Shown here: positions 35,621 through 45,776 of the stretch, piece after piece
Layout of the letters: the number at the start of each line of letters is the position of its first letter
Numbering within the stretch: position 1 is the first letter of the stretch
Source: Macrostomum lignano
Lineage: Eukaryota
Reading direction: 5' to 3'
Assembly (NCBI GenBank): GCA_002269645.1
Contig: NIVC01002257.1
Coordinates: forward strand, 125,353 to 189,352
DNA: 64,000 nucleotides
Notes under the pieces: model-generated
What the model was told of the DNA's origin: nothing
What the model saw: only the letters and a program-made list of their open reading frames with translations
The model's database searches: none
Position numbers and translations under genes: made by a program

Positions 35621-37150
35621 TGACAACTCTTCTCTATGGTAGTTACAGTTTACAAATAAGTGTTTTGAGTTCTTCAGATTCTATACTATATTGAAAACGT
35701 TATTTTAGTTTGTGTCTTATCTTAATTAATATATTTCTGCAACTTTGCTCCGAGCCTTCTAATCTGACATAGAAATACCAATTGAGCTACTACTATTAGT
35801 AGCACTAGCTGTCAGCCTGGTCCCTGTTATGCTACTGAATCTATCTGCCTAATGCCTGGACTTCTGTAGTTGGCTATCGCAGTGGACTCGAGATGATGAG
35901 CATTATGGGCCCTCTGAGTTGCCCTGTGGAATGGACAGCTGATGTCCGAGTTGGTTATGACGCGTTCAGATCAGACTAGTTTAAGCCCAGTGCTAAGATG
36001 GCAATTGCTGCGTTTTACAAGATGTCTTTGCGACCTTGGCTAGGTGAGCTGTGCTGCGCTTGTCTAAATTATATCGGCTTATAACCACAGATACTAGAAT
36101 AACTGGATGTCACTGGCAGAAAATGCCTTTTGCCTTTATTACAAGTAAAACAAAGAGCGATGAAATTCAACTCGATATTTAAACTTTGTATATATAGCGA
36201 GCAAGAGAGAAAACCCCAGCCAGGCGATAAACAGTTGAGCTTTCTTCATCTTGCCCGCTGGTGTCTGACTTTGACCTCTGTCCTTACTGCTCTCTCATTG
36301 GCTGAGCTAGATTGGGCCTGCCTCCTAGACTTAGTTTCCCACTGAGATTCAGTATAGGGGATGGGAAACTACAAATTTAGGTTTTACCTACTTACCTACC
36401 GACAGACCATTTTTAGTATATGGGACTTGTTATTGCTTTTGATAGTAGGCAGACCAAATGTTCATCTTTTGATATACATGTATATTGCCTTTTTTGTAGC
36501 TCTATTGATTTTAATAGAGCCTTTTGTTTAGAAAATTGGGATTATACGAGTGTATCTTTATTTTATATCCTGTGCCTAAAAATAATGGCACAGCTCGACT
36601 CATTGGTATTATGAATCTATGAATCTATGTACTCCATGTGTAAGTGTGTGTATTTACGACTATGTACACGGAGCAATAGTTGACGTAGCAGCTAAATTAA
36701 AATATCGGTTGATTACCATCCTTATAGGGGTACAAGAAGAACCACCAACACAGCTGTCTTGATTTTTTTAAGGCAGCAGCCTCCTGCTTCTGAAGGGCGA
36801 AGCTGGGCACTCTCATCCCGGTGATCGGGCGCACCTTGAACTCGTAGATGATGCGTCTGCATGGCCACCAGCTGCAGACTGTCAGGCTCAGTCTAGCCGT
36901 GCCAAATCTGCAGCTTGCACTGAGGCTTCACCTTGTTTGCGAATTTAATACAAGCCATTTGGCTTTGGTGCTGTTTAACTTTACTAATTGCTATTGTTAG
37001 ATATTGGTTTTATTTATTACCAAATAAATAATAGATCACTTTTGGTCAGTTATTTTAACGTGACTTTTAATTATACACTTTTAGGAACACTTGTTTTGGT
37101 CTTTTAATTCTTAAATCGCTCTAGCATTTTTCGGATTGTTACTAGCAATA

Positions 37151-37680
37151 TACGCCCCCCTTGGGGAGCAAGCAAAGAATGTAATAAATTTTTTATTAAA
37201 TAAACTACATTTAGTTTCCGATCTCCGCCTTTATATCTTAGCAATTCGCCCCAAGCATTGCCATCTCGAAAATTTCCCCCGTAAGCCTTGACATCTCAGC
37301 GATTCCCCTCCCTCCTCTGAGACTTGACGTCTCAGCAATCCCACCCCAAGCCTTGCTATATCATAAATTCCCCAAGCCTTGACATCTTAGCGATTTCCCC
37401 AGCAAGCCTTCTATGTCTTCTATGATGCTTCTTCTATGTCTACATGACGCTTCTTTCGTGTATTGCATGATGCTTATTTTAGTCTGACGTGACGCTTCTT
37501 TTATGTCTGACGTTACGCTTCTTTTATGTTTTACATGACGCATTTATGTATTACATCTACGCCCCCGTTGGGGAGCAGACAAAAAATGTAGTATAATATT
37601 TTAAATAAACTACATCTAGCTTCTGGCCTCAGCCTTATATCTTAGCGATTCCCCGTGAACCTTGACATCTTAGCAATGCC
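37151..37680 (+). repeat. ~100-bp direct repeat (37151-37250, 37558-37655) followed by degenerate ~27-bp ccaagccttgacatctcagcgattccc units
   Basis: tacgcccc..ttggggagca...aatgta...aataaactacat.tag...gcct.tatatcttagc.attc occurs twice. Confidence 0.65.
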
Positions 37681-37730
37681 CCCCATTAGCCCCTTTCAAG
37701 ACCCCTTTACTCCTAACACTGGATTAGAAG

Positions 37731-38798
37731 TTGTCAGAAACTATAAGCTTTATAAGGTGCAATAAACTATTAAATTGTCTTAATGCATTCAATTTCTATT
37801 TCATTTCAGTATTAACTAAACCGCCGTCCTGTGCATCATATATGTGGCCTTTTGACAGTCAAGAAGTTCACTATGCCGTCCATGCGCTCTGCTGTTGGAT
37901 TATCTGCGGCTTAGCTTGGGAGATTTACGTATTTCGCGGCCAGATCAATGCACTACGGACGGAGTGTGCAGATATTGAGAAGAAAAACGAAAAATTGGAA
38001 CAGCGAAATGAAGTATTGGAGAAACGGTCTGACGTAGTTGGGGAGAAAAATGACGAATTGACTGCTGAGAACAACACGTTAACAAAGGAGAAGTATAGGC
38101 TTCAAAGTGAGAATAGCTCGCTTGAGTTAGTAAAGCAAGCATCGGATTCCAACTACGAATTTTTGAACAAGAGACTGTCAAAGCTCGAGCTTAAGAACTC
38201 TCAACTTAAAGCAAAAAATAACGCATTAGAAAAGACCAATTCAGCCGTAGAATTCTCCGTTACTCCACCAATCAACGGACAATACAACGCCAGTGCCAAC
38301 GATGTCTCACTGCGGGAAGAGTTCGAGACATTGGAAAAGGAGAATCAAGAATTCAGGACTCAAATCGCTTTGCACGAGAAAGACAGAAGTCTATTTGAAG
38401 AAAAGCTGGACAATATGAGCCTGACGGCAAAGGATTACGAAACCAAAAACTCCGAATTGCGCATGGAAGTAGACCGATTAAAAGATAAAAACAAAGTACT
38501 GAAAGACAAACTGGCTGCTTTGCGCAGAGAGTGCTCTGAGCTTGAAAATAATCAAAACGCTCTGCAGAGAAAGTATGGCAATGGAAACGGGCGCCAAACC
38601 TGCTCCGTGAATGTGACCCATGTCGGTCAGATGGTGCTCAACACACAGGTGCCGATTCCTTTGAGTTCACCGAAGCATAATCCGGTAGCTTCAGCTGATG
38701 TCCAGGAAACTTCTGCTGATGAAGCAGCTGGTGGCAGCTGGACAGATGTGCCACGGAGGCGCAGGAACAAACGGCGTGGTTTGAATCGGCTGCAATAA
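37731..38798 (+). CDS. single N-terminal transmembrane + long coiled-coil protein (probable ATG 37842, MWPFDSQEV...)
   Basis: Hydrophobic HYAVHALCCWIICGLAWEIYVF followed by heptad-rich E/K/N/L helices and a basic tail. The first ~37 codons look like intron/UTR. No family recognised. Confidence 0.72.
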   Translation: MSETISFIRCNKLLNCLNAFNFYFISVLTKPPSCASYMWPFDSQEVHYAVHALCCWIICGLAWEIYVFRGQINALRTECADIEKKNEKLEQRNEVLEKRSDVVGEKNDELTAENNTLTKEKYRLQSENSSLELVKQASDSNYEFLNKRLSKLELKNSQLKAKNNALEKTNSAVEFSVTPPINGQYNASANDVSLREEFETLEKENQEFRTQIALHEKDRSLFEEKLDNMSLTAKDYETKNSELRMEVDRLKDKNKVLKDKLAALRRECSELENNQNALQRKYGNGNGRQTCSVNVTHVGQMVLNTQVPIPLSSPKHNPVASADVQETSADEAAGGSWTDVPRRRRNKRRGLNRLQ

Positions 38799-40447
38799 GT
38801 CCAACTTTGATATTCGGTGTCTGCAGTGCTTATATGCTGTTGCATTTCTATCAAATCAATATTTTTACACAATTCACCATGCTCAAAATTACTACAACTA
38901 GAGCTAAATTAAAGCAGCTGCTCCGAAAGAACTCATTTACGGAGGCCAAAGTCACGAACTCGCATCTTATTTTTTTCGTTTTTGTGGTCCATTCTCGACG
39001 AAGAAAGTCTGAGCCGGTTCCAGACAATTTTGAGGATTCTGCCGTCTCCATTATCTTCTATTTCTCCCTGACTCGGCTCTGAAATTATATTTAGCTGACT
39101 TGACTGTCGCCGGCTGCCTGTGCACCTGATGCTGTGTTATGCTACATCATTTATTCAAGAATCTTATACACTTTTTAAGCCTTTCTTTAGCAGTCTAAGT
39201 CCGTGCTCCTGATTTTACTGTAAAAAATGACAAGCAGGCAGTGTGTTAAGTAAGGCGTTTGCGGTAGGATTCCAGGCAGATTGTCTCTGATTCTGAAAGA
39301 CATCAATATGTGCTGAAAAATCTAGCCAACTCAATATGTAACTGTTTATCTGCCACAATCCATGTCACATTGAAATGGCGAAGGTTGAAGGATCTGGTTG
39401 AATTTACGAGTGTATATATTTGTAGCGCGTATAATAAAATGCTGCTCGTACTTAAACTTGAATTCAAAAGTGCACTTGACTGTACTGACTATTTACTTAA
39501 AAGTTATTTGAATAACAGAAGAAACACTCATTCTCAGTGATGTTAGAACGAGTAGCAAGTCGTTCGAGCACCAATTAAGACTGCGAGCAGTATTAAGAAA
39601 CACTGGTTATTAACAGAGTCTTGAGACCGATTTAATGAACTACCAATAATAGATACAAGTCCATGTCTATCTAAAGTAACCGCTGTCAAAGTCTCATAAA
39701 CGGCTAATGGATTTTCTTGCTTTTATTGACACCTCTATTCTAGGCAATTGCAATTCTCTGGTCTGTAACCTGTTATTCCTGTTAAGGACATTAAGGACTA
39801 AGGACATTTTTTCCTTGTAAAGAATAATTTTAAAAAATCGGATTATGAATTCTAAAAAAACTTACTTTCCAGTTGATTTTTATCTATGCGTCAAAGGTGA
39901 AAACACCGTTTCCAATGAAATGTTTTTGTGCGATTGCTATCTGAGCTCGATCTATACGTTCTGGTCTTTTTATTGGCTTCGTTTGATTGCAGAAATTATC
40001 GTATATTTTATGCGGGTTCATATCTACAATTATTTATTGTTATTTGTTTTGTTTTAGGCTGTACTAAAATACAATTTCATTGCTTGATATTTGCTTTTAG
40101 AAGGAAAGATTCTGATAATTTACAGTTTATTTATTCTCACTAATGACCAAGAAACCTTGTCACTTCGAATGCCAAAGTCTCAGCGTTTCAGTGCTAGCCC
40201 GCCTTTTTTGTTTGCAAATACAAATATGAATATTTGCCCATATTGTTCTGCTTTCTTGCTTAGCTGTAATACTCGTAATTGTGCCTAAATTATCCGTATT
40301 TAATTATGTACAAATGATTTGCTTTAATAAATATTAAGCATTACTTTTTGTCTTCAATCCTTGATTATTATGGCTTCAGTGTTTTCTGGGTATTTTCTCT
40401 AATGACTAGTAGCTTAGTGGAATCATTACTCTTTGCAGTCTCTGTTG

Positions 40448-40675
40448 TAGCATAGGTTGTAGCATAGGCCTACTGGTCAGAGCATCGGACTCATGACTTG
40501 AAGGTCGAGGGTTCGATTCCCGATCCCACTGGAACAATTGTGTGGCGACCCCCCAGTCCTTGGACTTGAACAGCCGAACGCAGCCTTCAGATGCGCCGCG
40601 CAATAGCTGCGGCTGAGCTGTCGGTTGCACATTTGGCCCAATTGAGGCAGGTGTAATCAATTATTATTATTATTA
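40448..40675 (+). mobile_element. tRNA-derived SINE (short variant lacking the central domain), (TTA)n tail
   Basis: A-box-like aggcctactgg, tRNA-Met-like ggactCATgacttgaaggtcgag, B box GGTTCGATTCC at 40510-40520. The 3' body is shared with 44790-44885. Confidence 0.75.
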
Positions 40676-40793
40676 AGTCTTTGTAACTTAAAAGTGACTT
40701 ATTTGATAATAAAACTAAAAATTATTTGAATTGTTAGTTTCTTTTCAAATCAGTGAAATTGAATTTTAACTGCCCAATATTTCAGCCGCCACA

Positions 40794-41105
40794 ATGTTCC
40801 GCTGTTATTTTGACCTCTGCGGCAGTGCGGCATGCCTGCTGATGATGCTCAGCAGCATGGCAACAGTTTCCTTCGTTGCTATGGAAATTTCTCGCGAATA
40901 TCGCTTACAATCGACGCTGGCCCGTGCTAGCTGCTCCGATGATTGGTTCTGGTGGCCAAGTGAGCGCAGCCAATCAGAATGCTCCGTTGGGCCGCTAGCA
41001 ATTTTGTGGCGAATTTCATTACCAAAAATGCTAATATTTAGCCTGCGGGATCTACTTGTGCTTCCGGTGGAATTTGGTGGCCTCATTGCTGGCAGGTGTG
41101 TATGA
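40794..41105 (+). pseudogene. CLCC1/MCLC-like membrane protein paralog 1, C-terminally truncated
   Basis: EISREYRLQSTLARASCS...SQSECSVGPLAILWRISLPKMLIFSLRDLLVLPVE aligns with the ORFs at 42392 and 45039, but stops before the last TM helix. Confidence 0.65.
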
Positions 41106-41461
41106 ATTCGTTCTTCATATGTGTAAACTTGTTCCTGAAGGCCATTTTATCTGGCTTAAATGGAAGTTTCCTTGTTCGCTTCCCTTACCAGAAATTATGG
41201 TCCAGATTTCTGTTGTGAAAACAGAAACAAGCTATGACGATGAAGCTTCTCTATCCGGCCCTCGGGTCCTTTGAAACTTCACAATAGCAGTCTGGTTGGG
41301 TCAGGGTTTGTGTCTCTTCTCTCTTTTCTCCCCTCTCCTCTCCCTGCCCTCTCTCGTCTCTCCTCTCCTCTTATCTTCTTTTTTTATCTCTTCTCTCATC
41401 CAATCTCTCGCCTCGTGTCTTCTCTCATCTCTCATCTTCTATTCCCTCTCTTTTTTACTCA

Positions 41462-42369
41462 CATCTGGCCCGCAGCCATGAGCTGGATTCTTCATCTGGC
41501 CCGCAGCCATGTGCAGGATTCTTCATCTGGCTCGCAGCCATGCGCAGGATTCTTCATCTGGCCCACAGCTATGAGCAGGATTCTTCATCTGGCTCGCAGC
41601 CATGAGCTGGATTCTTCATCTGGCCCACAGCTATGAGCTGGATTCTTCATCTGGCTCGCAGCCATGAGCTGGATTCTTCATCTGGCTCGCAGCCATGAGC
41701 TGGATTCTTCATCTGGCCCACAGCTATGAGCTGGATTCTTCATCTTGCCCGCAGCCATGAGCTGGATTCTTCATCTGGCCCACAGCTATGAGCAGGATTC
41801 TTCATCTGGCCCACAGCTATGAGCAGGATTCTTCATCTGGCCCACAGCTATGAGCTGGATTCTTCATCTGGCCCACAGCCATGAGCTGGATTCTTCATCT
41901 GGCCCACAGCTATGAGCTGGATTCTTCATCTTGCCCGCAGCCATGAGCTGGATTCTTCATCTGGCTCGCAGCCATGAGCTGGATTCTTCATCTGGCCCAC
42001 AGCTATGAGCTGGATTCTTCATTTGGCCCACAGCTATGAGCAGGATTCTTCATCTGGCCCACAGTCATGAGCTGGATTCTTCATCTGGCCCACAGCTATG
42101 AGCTGGATTCTTCATCTTGCCCGCAGCCATGAGCTGGATTCTTCATCTGGCCCGCAGCCATGAGCTGGATTCTTCATCTGGCCCGCAGCCATGAGCTGGA
42201 TTCTTCATCTGGCCCACAGCCATGAGCTGGATTCTTCATTTGGCCCACAGTCATGAGCTGGATTCTTCATCTGGCCCGCAGCCATGAGCTGGATTCTTCA
42301 TCTGGCCCACAGCCATGAGCTGGATTCTTCATCTGGCCCGCAGCCATGAGCTGGATTCTTCATCTGGCC
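41462..42369 (+). repeat. 31-bp minisatellite (catctggccc[a/g]cagc[c/t]atgagctggattctt), ~29 copies
   Basis: Direct reading. Head-to-tail units with no unique spacers. Confidence 0.95.
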
Positions 42370-42391
42370 ATTGACCCCTGGGCTCTGAAAC

Positions 42392-43141
42392 TTGCCTTTC
42401 ATTGGTAAGCAAAACAAACGAAAAAGCAAAGAGCAGCTTCTCTGGTTAAGCTCACAATATGCTTATAATTTCAGACCCATTTACCAGTGGCTAAATGGGC
42501 CTGTCATCAAGGCAGAATCTGCAACAGTCTTTTCCGGTGCAGATATCTTACGGTGCAGCTTATACGCATGCTTTACTGTTGGATTGATTTTCTATATTCG
42601 GTTTTGTAAGCTGGATTATCGGCACCTGCACTATGAGGCCTTCCTACTTGCGATGGTTTTCGCCTTTGTATTTCTAATTGTTCCTGTGGAATTCTACCGA
42701 GAATACCAATGGCAAAGGGAGCTTGCTCAAGCCCGCTGCTCTGATTGGTCAGTGACAAGCTTGCTGTCTAATTGGTTGTTTAGTGTTAGCCAATCAGAGT
42801 GCTCCGTTGGCTTGCTCACCATTCTGTGGCGTGTGTCTATTCTTCGCGTGCTGCTGCTCTGTGCTTGGGATCTGCTGGTATTTCCTGTTGAGGTTGTCAC
42901 CAATGCGGCTGGAAGTTTGCTATCGGTGATTGTTGCTTTTGCGCTGTGGCAGCCGTTGGTAGCTGTTGCTACGCTGGTTGTTGCTCTAGCAATTCTGGGC
43001 TACGGGCTACGGGCTCGAAAGCGACGCCTAGAGGTGGCGCGGAAAATTGAAGATTATCAACAGATGCAGCTTCGTCAGTCTCTGGCTTCCTCTGGCTGTA
43101 AGTTTGCTCAAGGCAACAATATCTATTATTCGAGGTACTGA
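42392..43141 (+). CDS. CLCC1/MCLC-like multi-pass membrane protein paralog 2 (probable acceptor ttcag| near 42474; true start likely in an upstream exon)
   Basis: TM-TM-EFYREYQWQRELAQARCS...SQSECSVGLLTILWRVSILRVLL...FPVE...AG...LWQP-TM. This pattern recalls the CLCC1 core (Y..A...C...W...C...P.W...L....P....G....P...P). Family call made from memory of CLCC1, not a search. Confidence 0.68.
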   Translation: MPFIGKQNKRKSKEQLLWLSSQYAYNFRPIYQWLNGPVIKAESATVFSGADILRCSLYACFTVGLIFYIRFCKLDYRHLHYEAFLLAMVFAFVFLIVPVEFYREYQWQRELAQARCSDWSVTSLLSNWLFSVSQSECSVGLLTILWRVSILRVLLLCAWDLLVFPVEVVTNAAGSLLSVIVAFALWQPLVAVATLVVALAILGYGLRARKRRLEVARKIEDYQQMQLRQSLASSGCKFAQGNNIYYSRY

Positions 43142-44637
43142 TATTTTTTTACTTCAAAAATTTATTTTGGTTTTTGGCTCATTTTATCTGTTAATTCACT
43201 TAGCTGTGATTTTTCAAATACATTCGATGATTCGAACAATAAGTTTTAACTTTACATTTTATTATCACTAATGCTTGTTATAACTATTTACTCCACTTTA
43301 AAACGAGTGAAAACGAGTAAGCAATCCTGGTTTCAAAGCAAGTCTAAATTGATGCTTCACCACTCGCTTAAAACTCGCCTGTACTTTTTTGCTCTGACAA
43401 CTTTAACAGATCGAACTTGGAAAAAGACAGAAAAGTATGTAATCTCGATAAATTGCGATGTAGGTGTTTTATTCCAATATCCAGCTGCATTTCCTCTCTT
43501 TCTCCTCTACTCTCTACTCTTTACTCTTCTCTTTCCTCTCCTCTCTTCTCCTCCTCTGTCCTCTCTCCTTTCCCCTATTCGTTTTTAAGGCAAATCAATC
43601 CAATTGAAACGAATCTAGGCTGCCAGAAGTTTTTTATTTTGTGATTTAGGTTCAATTACCGTTCAAAAGTTAGTGAACTTTTAAAGAGTTATGATTTTTA
43701 TTTGTAACAGAACACTGTCGGTGAAATATAAAGCGAGGTTAAGATTAAAAATACTGTTTTGATTATTATGATTGATTACATGACACGTACTGGTAATTTA
43801 GTTGTTTGAAAAAAAAATCGGTTCAGGCTTTCAGGCCTGAAAGGTTAGTATATTGTGATGATTTAGTTGTTTTGTATTTAGTTGTGATACCCGGATAGGA
43901 GTTCTGGCCACTCGAGCAATAAACTTGAAACTCTAACTATGACTGAGATTTTTACTATCAATTTAACTCAAAATGCAAGTTTATACACATTCTTGTACTT
44001 TTATTTATTAATGTTTACTGTTTTATTTTCTATCGGTATTTATTACTTATTGTAGCTATATTGGCTATTCTTTTTATTTATCTACTTTTGCACATTTTAA
44101 AGCTTGAAACAGCGAATATTTTTTTAATCTTTTGATTCTTTTGAGCACCGTTTTCGTTTTTGTTTCGCTCGATGATAAGCTCTGAAATACTCGCTTATCT
44201 TTCGTTGGAAAATAAAGATTATAATTTTTAAACACTTTTTACTACTTAATATCATTGTGTTCTATTCATTTGGGGTTCACTAAAGTTAGACTTTAGTAGT
44301 TTGTTGTTACTATTGGTATAACCCTTTTGCCTACAATACTTAATTAAAATTTCAATAATTACACATGTACGTGTTGCTCACAGATTATCAAAGTCATTTC
44401 TGTTACTCTGTTCTGTCAGCTATAAACAGGATATCTAATAGTCTTTCATTCTCGATTTATAATGTTTCATACTTCACACTGGCTAATTGATAGTAACAAA
44501 TTGCCAGCTTATACATCGATGAATTGGCCACATATGCTCATGCAGCTCAGACAGGCTCAGGTCTTCTCTCTCCTTTCCTTTCCTTTCTTCTCTCTCTTTC
44601 CCTCTTCTCTCCTTCCCTCTCTTCTCTCCTTCCCTAA

Positions 44638-44900
44638 AGCATCAGACTCACGACTGAAAGGTCTGGGGTTCGATTCTCGACCCACACAGAACAATTTTTG
44701 TCCTTGAGCAAGACACTTAACTCTGCATTGCTTCAGTTCACGTTCAGTTGAAGGGAATATGTGCGAGCATTAGCTATGGTAATTGAGGGTGTGTGTGGCG
44801 ACCCCCAGTCCTTGGATTGAACAGCCGTAAGCAGCTTTCAGATGCACTACGCAATAGCTGCGGCTGAGCTGTCGGTTGCACATCTATTGTTATTATTATT
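44638..44900 (+). mobile_element. tRNA-derived SINE with CORE-like central domain, (TTA)n tail
   Basis: B box GGTTCGATTCT. The central tgtccttgagcaagacacttaactctgcattgcttcagt resembles the MIR/CORE consensus tgaccttgggcaagtcacttaacctctctgagcctcagt. The 3' body is shared with 40535-40630. Confidence 0.75.
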
Positions 44901-45038
44901 AACTTCACTTGATTTCGACTCTTGCTTCCCTTTACCCTCCTCGTCCTCTAGATAATTTATGCTTAGGTTTCATGGGTTTTCGTGTAATCTATACCGCAAA
45001 ATTTAACTGATTAGCCATGCCATAACACTGCTTCCAGA

Positions 45039-45776
45039 GTGATGCTTCAGTGGCTATCCAGCCACCTCAACGCCGGATCTGCTGCCTCTCCCGCCAGTAG
45101 CTCAGGCAGTCACGCCTCAGCCGTTATCCTATTCGCCTGCGCACTGGGCACCCTCATGTACTTTCTGTGGGTCTCCGGCCTCGCCTGCCCCGGCTGCGCC
45201 TACTTAAAATTACGTCGGCGTCTCAGACTGTGGCTTCTGCTTTTATTCATCTTCGCCTTGATGACTTCCATCGCCGTGGAGCTGGTGAAAGAGTATCACA
45301 GACAGCTGGATTTTCTGAGGAACGACTGTTCCAGCTGGTCTATAGCCGGTCTCTTGAATAGTTTGGTTAGCTGGCGTTCAGAATCCAGTCAGGTTGATTG
45401 TTCAGCGAGCTTGTTGAGTCCACTGTGGCGGATTTCACTACTGCGGGTGCTGCTGCTAAGTCTGCAAGATCTGCTAGTGCTGCCTGTTGAGATTGTTTGC
45501 AGAGCGGCTGGAAGAGGCCTGACCGCATTTATGTCCTCTGTGCCTGTGCTATGGCAGCCGGTTGTACTTGTAGCTCTCGTGCTTCTGTGCTGCATCTGTC
45601 TGTTCTGCTTCTTTGGCTACCACTTTCGAGCTCCGCTGATTCACGTTGGACCGGTAGCTCCTGCAGCTAGAGCAGTCGACAATGATAGAGGCAGCGACAG
45701 TGTCTGCAGTATCTGTGTCCGTCGGCGAGAACGACGTCGAATGCAGCGCCCTCCGAGAGTGGGTCGGCGAGTTTGA
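45039..45776 (+). CDS. CLCC1/MCLC-like multi-pass membrane protein paralog 3 (ATG 45042)
   Basis: ELVKEYHRQLDFLRNDCSSWSIAGLLNSLVSW...VDCSASLLSPLWRISLLRVLLLSLQDLLVLPVEIVCRAAGRGLTAFMSSVPVLWQPVVLV...FFGYHFRAPLIHVGP. This is the closest of the three to the recalled CLCC1 core. Confidence 0.72.
   Translation: MMLQWLSSHLNAGSAASPASSSGSHASAVILFACALGTLMYFLWVSGLACPGCAYLKLRRRLRLWLLLLFIFALMTSIAVELVKEYHRQLDFLRNDCSSWSIAGLLNSLVSWRSESSQVDCSASLLSPLWRISLLRVLLLSLQDLLVLPVEIVCRAAGRGLTAFMSSVPVLWQPVVLVALVLLCCICLFCFFGYHFRAPLIHVGPVAPAARAVDNDRGSDSVCSICVRRRERRRMQRPPRVGRRV

Noticed and set aside
36770-36940. GC-rich island with an open minus-strand frame (…RRIIYEFKVRPITGMRVPSFALQKQE…)
   Set aside because: Short, no recognisable family or clear splice partners; cannot support a gene call.
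40466-40530. tRNA-Met gene (CAT anticodon, B box)
   Set aside because: No pairing acceptor stem, and it continues into a SINE body with a (TTA)n tail shared with 44638-44900, so it is a SINE head.
41462-42369. CRISPR-like array (also the 25-bp and 40-bp arrays)
   Set aside because: Units are head-to-tail with no unique spacers, there are no cas genes, and the context is eukaryotic.
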